Below are positions 48,696-59,588 of a stretch of 64,000 bases of DNA, piece after piece. The notes under the pieces are model-generated. The model was not told the DNA's origin, searched no databases, and saw only the letters and a program-made list of their open reading frames with translations. Numbering within the stretch: position 1 is the stretch's first letter; every line of letters begins with the position of its first letter. The translations under genes were made by a program, and so were the position numbers. Source of the DNA: Chiloscyllium plagiosum (lineage: Eukaryota); contig NC_057738.1 of assembly GCF_004010195.1 (NCBI RefSeq), forward strand, positions 8,202,056 through 8,266,055. Reading direction: 5' to 3'.

Positions 48696-50882
48696 CAGGC
48701 CTGGAGAACCTTTTTACATTGGAAGGCCACATTTTATTTAACCGAGATCCTATTAGGCTGCTGCTAAGCATTTAACATATGCAACAAAATGTTATATTTT
48801 TGTCAACATATTTACTAATTTTAATTAAAGCCTGATGATGACTTTAAACAAAATTAAAATTCAACAAATACACATTTATTTGTTTGGCAAAGTGGACAAT
48901 AGAACTGATAATAAATGAAAACCTTAGACAACAAACCATTTAATGACTTTTTTGTAATTGCTTATTGCGAGATAGGAATCAGAAATTTGGTTCCAACATT
49001 GTTGACCATAGTTTTAATTCATCCTCCGAGTGAATATCTGTCATGTGAGATCTCAAGTGTGTTTTAATTTGTGTCATGTATGAAAATGTTGACTCACATT
49101 AGGTTTTGCCAAAACAAGACAGCATTTGATGAGTATGTTGACATAGACATGGATATTCAACAGCATTTTTCCATATTTCAATGGGATCCTGCTTTAGCAT
49201 CAAATAGAGACTTCAGAATGTTATCTTCTGAGAGCTCAACTGATTTCATCTGTAAGTCATTAGGTGCTTTGGAGGCATCAACCAGGTGTGGTTGAAAAGC
49301 TAGTTTCAGTGTGAGATCATGTTTCTCAAAATCAGCAAATCTTTCATTGTGTTCTTCAATCAGGGAGTCTAGAGCAGCTGTGTGTTTTTTTCACATCACA
49401 TTTCCTTAATGATTTGCTTGTATCCTGTTCAGTAATTACCTTTGCCAGTTCAGGAAAGTGTTCAGCTGTAAGCTCCAATCGAGTAAGGAGAGTTTTGAAA
49501 AAGATCAGCTTTTCGGAAATGCCTGGATTTTTAGTCACATATCATATATAGATTTAGTTTTACTTTGGAAAAAAAGATTCAGATCATTTTGCTTTGACAC
49601 AAAAATGCAACATTTATGCAGATATCCTCTTTTGACAATTCATATGGTTCAGTCAGTTCCTCAAAAAAACTTATTTATTTTTGCAAAGACAAAAGTTTTA
49701 CAAGTATTTGTCCTTGTGACAACCAGCGTACTTTCGAATGATATGGCAGATCCACACTGAATATTTCATCATCAAACTGAAGCATGTTGCAAAGTTGGCG
49801 ATGCCGTGATGCATTTGCACAAATGTAGTTTACAATACCTCTATCTTTCTTTAACATGTCACTTAAAACAGTAGGTTTGGCACATAGATTCTGTTAATGC
49901 AAAAGAGAACAAAAGCAAATCTAAGTATCTGGATCTTGCAATTGTTTTTGTGGTAACACAACAAATCCTTCACATATTCCTTTCATGAAAAGTGCACCCT
50001 CGTGCATATGCTCACTAAATTGCATAAATTCAGTTTTGCTTTACGGCATTTTCCTTTGAAGATAGTGAAGATGTCCATTCCACACTTCCTCGGCATAAGG
50101 GTACCCAAAGCCAGTAACTCCTTATGGCAATGAAAATCTGCAGTTATAACACAAATAAAAAATAACACCTGCACTGAGTCAGTGGATTCATCCAAGGCAA
50201 TCGAATAATGAATGTCTTCGCTTTGGCATATTGTATGAAGTTGTTCTATTATATTCATGGTTAATTCATGTTGCCAATCAGTTATGGTCCATCTTGAAAG
50301 AGGTAGTTGGTCATACTTATTAACCTTATCTGAATCTCAGCATCCTACAACTTCAACAATGCATTCTTTTATGATTTCCACATCGCTAAATGGCTTATTT
50401 TTTCTTCCACTATCCCTTCTTACATTATGTTATAAATTGCTTCAGTGATGTCAGTCCTTTGTCCTGACATTGTTTCAAATACTTGCTGCAGCTGCTTTTG
50501 ATCTTTCATTTTCTTAAGTGCAGATTTTCAGGCTTCTCCTTCCAGTTCAGCATGTTTGTGGTTCTTATGAGTTGCATAATGCTGATACACATTGTACTTC
50601 TTCATTGCTGCTAATTATGACATCGGAGAGCAAAAATGTCATTTTATCTTTCACAGCAACTGCATAATATTGCAATTCCCATTGTTCATTAACTACTCTG
50701 ATCTTTTCCATTAATGTTCTTTTCTTAGTTTTTGACATGACTGGGTTACCAGTAAAAGTTTAAAAAATAGTACATGGATTTAAAAAGGTGGATTCAGTAT
50801 TTGTGGACAAATAGGCAGAAGGCCGCAACTAGTACCTCAAATGGCCACATGCTGCTTTAAGGTCACAGGTTCCCCACCCCTG
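48696..50882 (-). mobile_element. Full-length decayed hAT transposon (Buster/SPIN/GTF2IRD2-like)
   Basis: Perfect 8-bp TSD GCCCAGAC (48688-48695, 50883-50890); TIRs CAGGCCTGGAGAACCT / AGGTTCCCCACCCCTG. Confidence 0.95.
48940..50738 (-). pseudogene. hAT transposase pseudogene
   Basis: MSKTKKRTLM..NEQWELQY, YSIALDESTD, ELLALGTL and HSKVRWLSQGQIL, with multiple frameshifts and stops. Confidence 0.9.
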
Positions 50883-50896
50883 GCCCAGACCATTGG

Positions 50897-50999
50897 CAGA
50901 GGAGTCAAAAGGTGTGGTGCTGGAAAAGCACAGCAGGTCAGGCAGCATCCGAGGAGAAGGAGCGTCGACATTTTGGGTATAAGCCCTTCATCAGGAATG
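50897..50999 (-). mobile_element. Penelope pLTR mini-insertion
   Basis: Antisense CTGATGAAGGGCTTATACCCAAAATGTC is a decayed hammerhead; CCATTG/CCACTG flanks. Confidence 0.75.
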
Positions 51000-51108
51000 C
51001 CACTGAGTAGAGGGGTTGGGACATCATGTTGAGATTGTTTAGGACATTGGTGAGGCCAATGTTGAAGTACTGTGTACAGTGCAGGTTGCCTTGCTATAGG
51101 AATGATAT

Positions 51109-51268
51109 GAAAGGAGCAGGAGAATCGACATTTCGGGCATGAGCCCTACTTCAGGAAGATGCCCGAAACGTCGATTCTCCTGCTCTTTGGATGCTGCCTG
51201 ACCTGCTGCGCTTTTCCAGCAACACATTTTCAGCTCTGATCTCCAGCATCTGCAGTCCTCACTTTCTC
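51109..51268 (+). mobile_element. Penelope pLTR fold-back mini-insertion
   Basis: 15-bp TSD CTATAGGAATGATAT at 51094-51108 and 51269-51283; inverted arms around ~51150. Confidence 0.88.
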
Positions 51269-51728
51269 CTATAGGAATGATATTACTAAATTGGATAGGG
51301 TTCAGAAAAGACTTAACAGGATGTTGCTAGACTACAGGGTTTGAGTTATTAGATGAGGCAGAATGGGCTGGAAAGGTTTTCACTGGAGGTTAGAGGATTC
51401 AGGGTCACCTTATAGCAGTTTATAAAATCAAGACGAGCAGAGATAAGGTGATAGCAAATGTCTTTTCTAGGGTGGGGGAGTTCAAAACTAGAAGGCATAT
51501 TTTTAAGGTGAGAGGAGAAAGATTTAAAAGGAATCTGAGGGGCAACTATTTCATACTGAGGGTGGTTCATATGTGGAATAAACTGCCACAGGAAGTGGTA
51601 AATGCAGGTACAATTACAACATTTATAAGTCTTTTGGACAGACACAAGTATAGGAAAGATTTGGAGGAATATTGGCCAAATGCAGGCAAGTGGACTAATT
51701 TAGTTCTGTTTGGCATGGATAAGTTGGA

Positions 51729-51885
51729 GGAGAAAGTGAGGTCTGCAGATGCTGGAGATCAGAGCTGGAAATGTGTTGCTGGAAAAGCGCAGCAGGTCAG
51801 GCAGCATCCAGGGAACAGGAGAATCGACGTTTCGGGCATAAGCCCTTCTTCAGGAAGAAGGGCTTATGCCCGAAACGTCGATTCC
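51729..51885 (-). mobile_element. Penelope pLTR fold-back mini-insertion with an intact minus-strand hammerhead core
   Basis: 15-bp TSD CATGGATAAGTTGGA at 51714-51728 and 51886-51900; perfect 30-bp inverted arms 51821-51850 / 51855-51884; antisense CTGAAGA-A-GGGC-TTAT-GCCC-GAAAC-GTC. Confidence 0.9.
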
Positions 51886-53315
51886 CATGGATAAGTTGGA
51901 CTAAAGGGTCTGTATCTGGGCTGTATGACTATATGACTCTGCCTAAATACAGGAGGGAGTTGGATTTGTTTATTTCTGAAAGGCTGCTTATTTTGGCTTA
52001 TTGGTTTTCTTGCCAAATTGAAGGCAATCTATATAGTTCTATTTACTTTGTAGCTTCAGTTTTATAAAGCAATAATAACTCCTACAAAATCAACATTATG
52101 ATAATGATCAGATAATCTTGATTTTATGTTGCTGATAACTGAATAAATATTAGACAGGACATTCTCCTGTATTATTAGTTTAATCTGATCCAAGAATTAC
52201 AAAATATAATCCCATTCTGACTGTTTTATTGCTTGAAGTTTAGTTCAATCTTTTCTTGGATCTTCAGATAATGTAATAGTGATCATAAAATGCAATGTAG
52301 ATATTTGCAGAACTATAATTACTTTATGGCAAATAACTTGGATGTATCCACTGTATGGTTAATATATAAAGGGTATAGCTGTAAAAATCAATCTCAAATA
52401 AAAGTAGACGCATGAAAAATTAAACCTTTTAATCTAAGTTAAATCAAGTCGACCTTCATTTCTCAGGGATTAGTCAAAAATTTGAGAACCAATGTGTAAT
52501 TGTGGAGTTGTTTAGAATGGTTTACAGTGCTAAAGATCAGAAGATAATTCAATAATCAAGACAAAATGCCTTTAGTCACAAGCACCAATTGCCCTAAAAT
52601 TCAGGTGCCAATAGATACTCAAAATGTCTTTGAAAAAGAGTATCAAGGAGCCAGCTGTATTTAAACTCAAAGTTAAACAATTACCCAAGGAGACAAAAAA
52701 TTGCGCAGTTTCAAGAAAGCTTAATGCTTTTGATCACTTAAAGACTGGAGAATGATATCAAGAAACAAGAAATGTCAAATTATTTTTATACTTTATTCCA
52801 TTGGTTATTTAAAAGATGAAAAATGATGGAGGAATATTATTGAAGAACAGACAAGGGAAATAATGACTGCTGACAGTCAAAAATAAATCTACAAAATGTT
52901 TAAGATGACAGAATAAAGTTTATCTTTGATTTAATTTGAGTTTTTATTTCATGCTATATGAGCCCAAATCACCTCTCAATAATATCATTCATATAAAATT
53001 TGAACTTTAAATTCTAGCTCAATATGTTTGAAAATTTGACTTTTCAGTTCGTATGTAATATAATTAGGACAAATACAGCCATGGAGTTAGCACAATCATA
53101 TACAACAACTGGCAGTGTTTCGGCAATATTGTTAATGTAGCTGTATTAACTGCAGCATGTTTGACGATAATTCAGCCAGAATTCTCCAAAATGCTATCGT
53201 TGCTGATCCTGTAAGATGAATCCTCACCATAGTTCATCATGGTGTAAGATCCATCTGGTAGATTTGCTGACACCATTTGCTTTCTTGGTAGGGGTCTACA
53301 GGTTTTCTTGGTAAT

Positions 53316-54210
53316 AGTCAGAGTTGTACAGCACAGAAACAGTCCCTTTGGTCCAACTTGTCCATGCCGACCAGATATCCTAAACTGATTTAGTCACAAT
53401 TGCCAGCATTTGGCCCATATCCCTCTAAACACTTCCTATTCATTGTCATAGAATCAAACAGAACAGAAACAGACCCTTCGGTCTGAACAGTCCATGTCAA
53501 ACTAACTAGTCTCACCTACCTGCTCCAGGCCCATATCCCTCCAAACCTTTCCAAATCATGTACTTATCCAAATATTTTATAAATGTTATAATTGTACCTA
53601 CATCCACCACTTCCAAAGTTCATTCCACATGCGATCCACCCTCAATGTAAACAATTTGACCTTTAGGTCGTTTTTAAATCTTTCTCCTCTCACCTTAAAA
53701 ATATGCCCCCCAGTTTTCAAATCCCCTATCCTAGAGAAAAGAAAACTATCATTAACTCTATCTATACCCCTCAATATTTTATAAACTTCAATAAGGTCGC
53801 CTCACAATCGGAATTCAATGTGCTCAGTTAAAGTGATGTATTGAAGTTGGGGGTTTGGGCATTTTCTTGTTAGAAATGGTCAATACTGACAAATATTGCC
53901 TGTCTTTGCTCACCCAATTGTTTATGTACCCTTCTAGATGCCTTTCAAATGTTGGAACTGTACCCACCTCCACAAGCTCCTCTGGCAGCTTGTTCCATAA
54001 AATCACTATCCTCTGTATAGAAAAGTTGGCCCTCAGGTCCCATTTGAATCTTTTCCCTCTCACCTTAAACTTATTTTCCTCTCATTCTTTTAAACTCAAG
54101 TGAGTATATTCCAAAACTGCCCAATCTCTTCTCATAAGACAAGCCTTTCATGTCTGGAATAAATCTAGTGAACCTTCTCTGAACTGCCTCCCATGCAATT
54201 ACATCCTTAA
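53316..54210 (-). mobile_element. Stack of nested CR1/HER1 3' ends
   Basis: Two CR1 tails start at ~53316 and ~53445; ORF RGKRFKWDLRANFSIQRIVILWNKLPEELVE. Confidence 0.85.
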
Positions 54211-54706
54211 TAGGTGGAATTCACTGTGAGTAAACCTGAGGTGTTCCAACCTGATCTGAGATAGATACATAAAAGTATATTCTAAATGGTGAGAAGCTGA
54301 GAATGGTGGAGGAAGAGGAGAAAGTGAGAGAGTTCAGAGTTCAAGTGCAGAAGTCACAAAGCCAGAGAACACACTTAACTGATTGCACTTTCAACTGCCC
54401 AAACTCAGCAGAAAACACATCAAACCTATACAGCCCAACTTCATAATTTAACCCTTTCAGCTCTTCCACCACCAACCAGAATCTTGTTCTAGCAAATCAG
54501 TACCTATTGATAGGTCACCCCTGTCAGGTAAAATGCATGATTGGTATCTCTACAGTATTTGGGGTTTTAACTAGGCTTTTGAGCACCTATCCCATCAACT
54601 ATATAAGTGGTTACAAATAGGTTTTCCAAAGCTCGAGGAGCTATAGAAGTGCAAGCTGTTATTTTTAAAACAACCATCAGTGAGGCCTTCAAACATGGGA
54701 AGTTTG

Positions 54707-54765
54707 AAGAGCCAGCTCTCGGAGTGAACAGATCGTCTGACACTCCTGTTTATATCTGTCAGTGG
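54707..54765 (-). mobile_element. Fragment of the 2-237 LTR family
   Basis: GAGCCAGCTCT..TGACACTCCTGTTTATATCTGTCAGT is shared with 44645-44699. Confidence 0.7.
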
Positions 54766-54929
54766 TTTACTTACAGACACATTGAATCTCTAATTGCAAC
54801 ATGTGTTTTTACAAGACATATAAAAGACAACTGGAGATGTGAATTCCATGGCTCTTTGCCAAAGCCCTGTGTGGATCAGACTAGGTCCTGAGAAGAATCC
54901 CGGAATGTCACACATGAAGGTGCCAATGG

Positions 54930-54989
54930 AATTTCAATCAGCAACCCTTCAAAAGGAGAATTTCAATCAGCAACCCTTCAAAAGGAGAA
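54930..54989 (+). repeat. Perfect 29-bp tandem duplication
   Basis: AATTTCAATCAGCAACCCTTCAAAAGGAG occurs twice. Confidence 0.9.
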
Positions 54990-55200
54990 ATGCAAATCAA
55001 AGCAAACTGAACAGTAATCTGTGGCTACAGGAAAAGTGAGCAGCTGATTGTTCCTTTTCACAGAATGCCATCTCTTGTGAATTACGTCCCAAACTGCAAA
55101 CAAGTTTGCATTTTATCCTTCCTGCAATATATAAAAAAGGGCCTAAAAACAGTCTCAACCTCTGGTCTGTGTAGGTTAGTGGGCTGAAATGCTAATTTAT

Positions 55201-55280
55201 ATTAGAATGCTATGAAATGCTAGTGAAATTAAATGCAATCAAATGCAATGAAATGCTAGTGTGGATTAGAATGCAATGAA
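55201..55280 (+). repeat. Degenerate AATGC(A/T)A minisatellite
   Basis: Repeated AAATGCAAT/AAATGCTA units. Confidence 0.6.
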
Positions 55281-55339
55281 GGTTTGACTTGAGGACAGCT
55301 GTTAGATATCTCTGCACTGCTGGAAGCTAGGTGAGCTAG

Positions 55340-55976
55340 TGGTATGGACTAGGCCAGACCACTCAGAACATTCTTGAGCCAGCAACCCAGACCATAACTT
55401 TGCAATTTGTTTTGCTAAGTGTACAGTGAAAGTTACCCGGAGTAAGCTAGTTAGGTTGACTACCGGGTTTTAAAACAGACAAAAAATATATTTGCAAAAA
55501 TCACACAATGAAACACAAAGAACAGAATAAAGAACCCCTACAGAACTCCATCAATCCAAACTAGACTTAATTATGCTGTTCCAAATATACACAACAGTCC
55601 CAATAAGTAAAACCTCTTAAAACACAGTAAAAAAAAAAGGAACAGATGCGTACAGGTTGAAGTTAGAAGGGTAGAAAGAGGGAGAGAGAGTTTCTACACT
55701 GCTCACTGTTGAACTCCCAACTAGTTCTGGACTGGACTGAACTGAACTGCTAGAGAGCTGACCACTCTCCTTTCATTTTACAGGTCACTTCTAAACATGA
55801 CCACTTTGGCCTGAAGTCTCATCTGTTTACATGTAAACAAAAAGGCCTCGCAATACCCTTTAATCTCTATACCAATCAGGAGCAGGAGATGTTTACAACC
55901 CCTATGAAAAAAACCAAGGACACAGTATCCTGAGAAAAGGAACAGCTTTTAGAAAATAGGGACCAGCTTTATGACA
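55340..55976 (-). mobile_element. Solo LTR
   Basis: TG...ATGACA termini with a perfect 4-bp TSD CTAG (55336-55339, 55977-55980). Strand is inferred. Confidence 0.8.
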
Positions 55977-56517
55977 CTAGTGAGGTCACAGTTAACAAGG
56001 AAACCAGGCAAAAGCCCTACTCACGGTTCCACGTTCCAGGGTTTCCAAAGGCCCATTTTAATGGAAGCAGCTGGTCATTTAAATGGAAACCTGCACCTGG
56101 GAACTGCATATGATGAAACAAGACCCACCTTCCAATACATTCCCACGAAATGAGAGTAACTGGTTTTGGGGGCAGGACTCATGACTCTGGCCATTTTTGC
56201 CAGGCAGAATGTCTCTCAACTCTGATGAAAATTGAGATGTGTGAGTTGTGAAAAGAAGTTATTTTTTCAAATAATATTATGTTTTTGAAATGATGACAAT
56301 GGAACTCCGTAGTACTAACAGTAATATTAAACCTTTGAAGTTTGTTTTTTGTAAAAAAAAAAGGGACATGCAGCCTAAAAATGGCTGCTGATATAAACTC
56401 AGTGATTATCTTAAGGAATTTCACAACCAATGAGATGTGAAGGAAGCTTCCAAGCTTGAAAGACAGAAGTGCAAGACAAACTGAACTGTCATCTCATGGA
56501 AGTTATGTGGAAGTTAT

Positions 56518-57799
56518 GTGCCTGATGGCATTTATCCTAGGATTCTCTGGGAAGCAAGGGAGGAGATTGCAGAGCCATTGGATTTGATTTTTATGTCCTC
56601 GTTGTCTACAAGAGTAGTGCCAGAAGATTGGAGGCTAGCAAATGTGGTTCCCTTGTTCAAGAAGGGGAGTAGGGATAACCCTAGTAACTATAGGCCGGTG
56701 AGTCTCACTTCTGTTGTGGGCAAAATCTTAGAGAGAATAGTAAGGGATAGGATTTATGCACATCTGGATAGGAATAATGTGATCAAGGATAGTCAGCATG
56801 GTTTTGTGAAGGGCAGGTCGTGCCTCACAAACCTTATTGAATTCTTTGAAAACGTGACGAAAGAGATTGATGAAGGGAAAGCGGTAGATGTGGTATATAT
56901 GGATTTTAGTAAGGCGTTTGATAAGGTTCCCCATGGTAGGCTACTGCAGAAAATACGGAGATATGGCATTGAGGGTGAGTTGGAGGTTTGGACTAGGAAT
57001 TGGCTGGATGGAAGAAGACAGAGGGTAGTAGTTGATGGCAAAGTTTCTTCATGGAGTGCCGTCACTAGCGGTGTTCCGCAAGGATCTGTTTTGGGACCAT
57101 TGCTGTTTGTCATTTTTATAAATGACATGGAAGAGGGGTTAGAAGGTTGGGTAAGCAAGTTTGCGGATGATACGAAAGTCGGAGAAGTTGTTGACAGTGA
57201 GGAAGGATGTGGCAGGTTACAGCAGGATATAGAAAAGCTGCAGAGCTGGGCAGAAAGGTGGCAGATGGAATACAATGTAGCTAAGTGCGAGGTGATTCAC
57301 TTTGGGAAGAATAACAAAAAGATGGGGTACTGGGCTAATGGTCGGATACTTGGTAGTGTGGATGAGCAGAGGGATCTTGGTGTCCATGTACACAGATCTC
57401 TGAAAGTTGCCACCCAAGTAAATAGTGCGGNNNNNNNNNNNNNNNNNNNNNNNNNNNNNNNNNNNNNNNNNNNNNNNNNNNNNNNNNNNNNNNNNNNNNN
57501 NNNNNNNNNNNNNNNNNNNNNNNNNNNNNNNNNNNNNNNNNNNNNNNNNNNNNNNNNNNNNNNNNNNNNNNNNNNNNNNNNNNNNNNNNNNNNNNNNNNN
57601 NNNNNNNGAGTCGTGAGTTCGTGGAATGCCCTGCCAGTAGCAGTGGTGGACTCTCCCTCATTATGGGCATTTAAGCGGGCATTGGATAGGCATATGGAGG
57701 ATAGTGGGCTAATGTAGGTTAGGTGGGCTTGGATCGGCGCAACATCGAGGGCCGAAGGGCCTGTACTGCGTTGTATTCTTCTATGTTCTATGTTCTATG
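56518..57799 (+). mobile_element. Young 5'-truncated CR1 with an uninterrupted RT frame
   Basis: PDGIYPRIL..NYRPVSLTS..QHGF..YMDFSKAFD..GVPQGSVLGP..FADD with no stops in the sequenced part; (TTCTATG)n tail. Confidence 0.97.
57431..57607. other. Assembly gap (N run)
   Basis: ~177 Ns inside the young CR1. Confidence 0.98.
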
Positions 57800-57824
57800 T
57801 CAGACTGTGAACCTTAGTATAAAA

Positions 57825-58165
57825 AGCCGTTCAAGCCTGCTCTGGCATTTGTTACAATCATGGCTGAACTCATCTCAGCCTCAACTCCATTTTCCTGTCC
57901 ATTGTCCATAACCCTTCAACACATTATTTATTAAAAACCTATCCGTCTTCTACTCAATGTCAGCATCCTCCGCACTCTGGAGTAATGAATTCCATAGATT
58001 CACGACCCTTTGAGAAAAATAATTTCAGCTCATTTCTGTTATAAATCTACTACTCCTTATCCTAAAACTATAACCTCCCATGCTAGATTACCCCACATGA
58101 GGAAGCACCTTTCTGCGACTACCTCGTCAAACCTCTTTAGCATCTTATATACAACAATCAGATGA
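57825..58165 (-). mobile_element. Old CR1 3' remnant
   Basis: Antisense TCAAAGGGTCGTGAATCTATGGAATTC (QRVVNLWN). Confidence 0.75.
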
Positions 58166-58399
58166 GAGAAAAGGTAGCAGTCTGGGCAAGAGGCGTATTT
58201 TATGTTTCCCTTTCAAGAATACACAAGAATAGGGGTTAAATGCCAATTTAATCGTGGTTGGTGTGCACGTGGATGAAGATGTGCTAGTGAACTAAAGTGC
58301 TCATGTGTGCCAATGAGGTGAGCTCCTTACGTGTACTATCCTGAATTCAAACATCTGTGTGCTGTGATGATCACAATCAAATAACTGCCCACTAGTTAT

Positions 58400-58935
58400 C
58401 ACTACGTTGTAAGGAAAGGACTCTCACTTTGTCCCCTAGAAATCAACTAACAAGCAAGCCAGTCAAAAATAAACAGGACAGAAAGATTTCAAATAACCTG
58501 GAAAGCTAGGAATGTAGAAATTAATTGTTCAACTATCAACATTCCATTATTTAATCTTCATGAAGGACCCATAGTGTCTGATCCATATCTGTAATTTTAA
58601 CTTCTTTTGTATTAACTTTTCAGTTTTAATCTGTGTGTATATGTGTTACATTATTATGTCTTCTTGCAATTAGTAATTAATAAACTCACTCATTCATTAA
58701 CTCTAGAAAGGCTGGTTAAATTGGTTCCTTTTAAATATAAATTCATTTGGTCTGGGAGAAATGCACAAGGAAAGGGATCCATTGTAAATTAATTTTTCTG
58801 CAACCAACTGAAGGGACGAGTGAACAAAGAAGTGGAGCCAATTCATCCTACCTCACCTAGGAACTTGACAGTTTAGAGTATCTTGTTCAGAATTGTAATA
58901 ACTTGGGGAATCAGACTTGGGATCTGGTCATGACA
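58400..58935 (+). mobile_element. Probable LTR 3' portion
   Basis: AATAAA at ~58679 and a terminus GGTCATGACA resembling other LTR ends here; the 5' end is not resolved. Confidence 0.4.
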
Positions 58936-59522
58936 GGAGGTCTACTCATGGATCTAATGCAGTGAGCTCAACATTTTTTCTGGCAAAATATTTTATATTT
59001 CATTCTTGCTTTGTCCCTGTGTGTGATGACATTGCAGTGGCATACGGACAAAGAATATTTGAGACGTAAAGTGTATTGTTAGATACGTTAAGCCAAATGA
59101 TGTAACATCGTTGACCACAAAACACTTATTAGCAATTCTGAGGTTGCGTAAAATGCTAAAGAAGTAATAGTTATTATTTTTCTTTCCTCCTTTCATTCAA
59201 AAAAGAGTATTTAAAGGTGAATTAGACATGTACATGAGGGAAAAAGGAAGAGAACAGAACGCTGTTAGATTTAGATGAAGTAGTATGGATGGAGCATAAG
59301 CAGCCAGACAAACCCAGGAGGTTAAATAGTTTTGTTTTTGTGCTGTTAATTCAATGTAATTTTTAAGTCATAAAGAATTAGGATTTCAAGTTCATAACTT
59401 CAAAGATTTTGGATAAATAATTCAATAAGTGTTTTCAAACATTACAATTTGATGTCACGAGGAAATTAAACATACTTTGAGTGAATATCTGTAACTGCTG
59501 TAGTAGCAAAATAAAACATTAC

Positions 59523-59588
59523 CTGCAGACTGAGTGCTAGTTATCCCGCAGGGCAGATCATTCCTATTTGCCAGACGGCTGATGTTCC
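59523..59588 (-). CDS. Candidate symmetric 66-nt exon
   Basis: ttttatattcaaag acceptor, CAG|gtaatg donor, only one open frame (phase 1-1) NISRLANRNDLPCGITSTQSA; locally GC/CpG-richer than its flanks. Confidence 0.4.

Larger units (their letters stand above)
47975..51940 (+). mobile_element. CR1 RT-3' end hosting five nested insertions
   Basis: VYMDFSKTFDQVPHG, IYINDL..KFVNDTKIGG and RVVHMWNKLPQEVV, with tail TATGACTATATGACTCT. Confidence 0.88.

Noticed and set aside
48940-50738. Domesticated GTF2IRD2/ZBED-like host gene
   Set aside because: Multiple frameshifts and stops, with intact TIRs/TSD inside a CR1, show a decaying transposon.
57335-57670. ORFs spanning the X run
   Set aside because: Artefacts of translating through the N gap.
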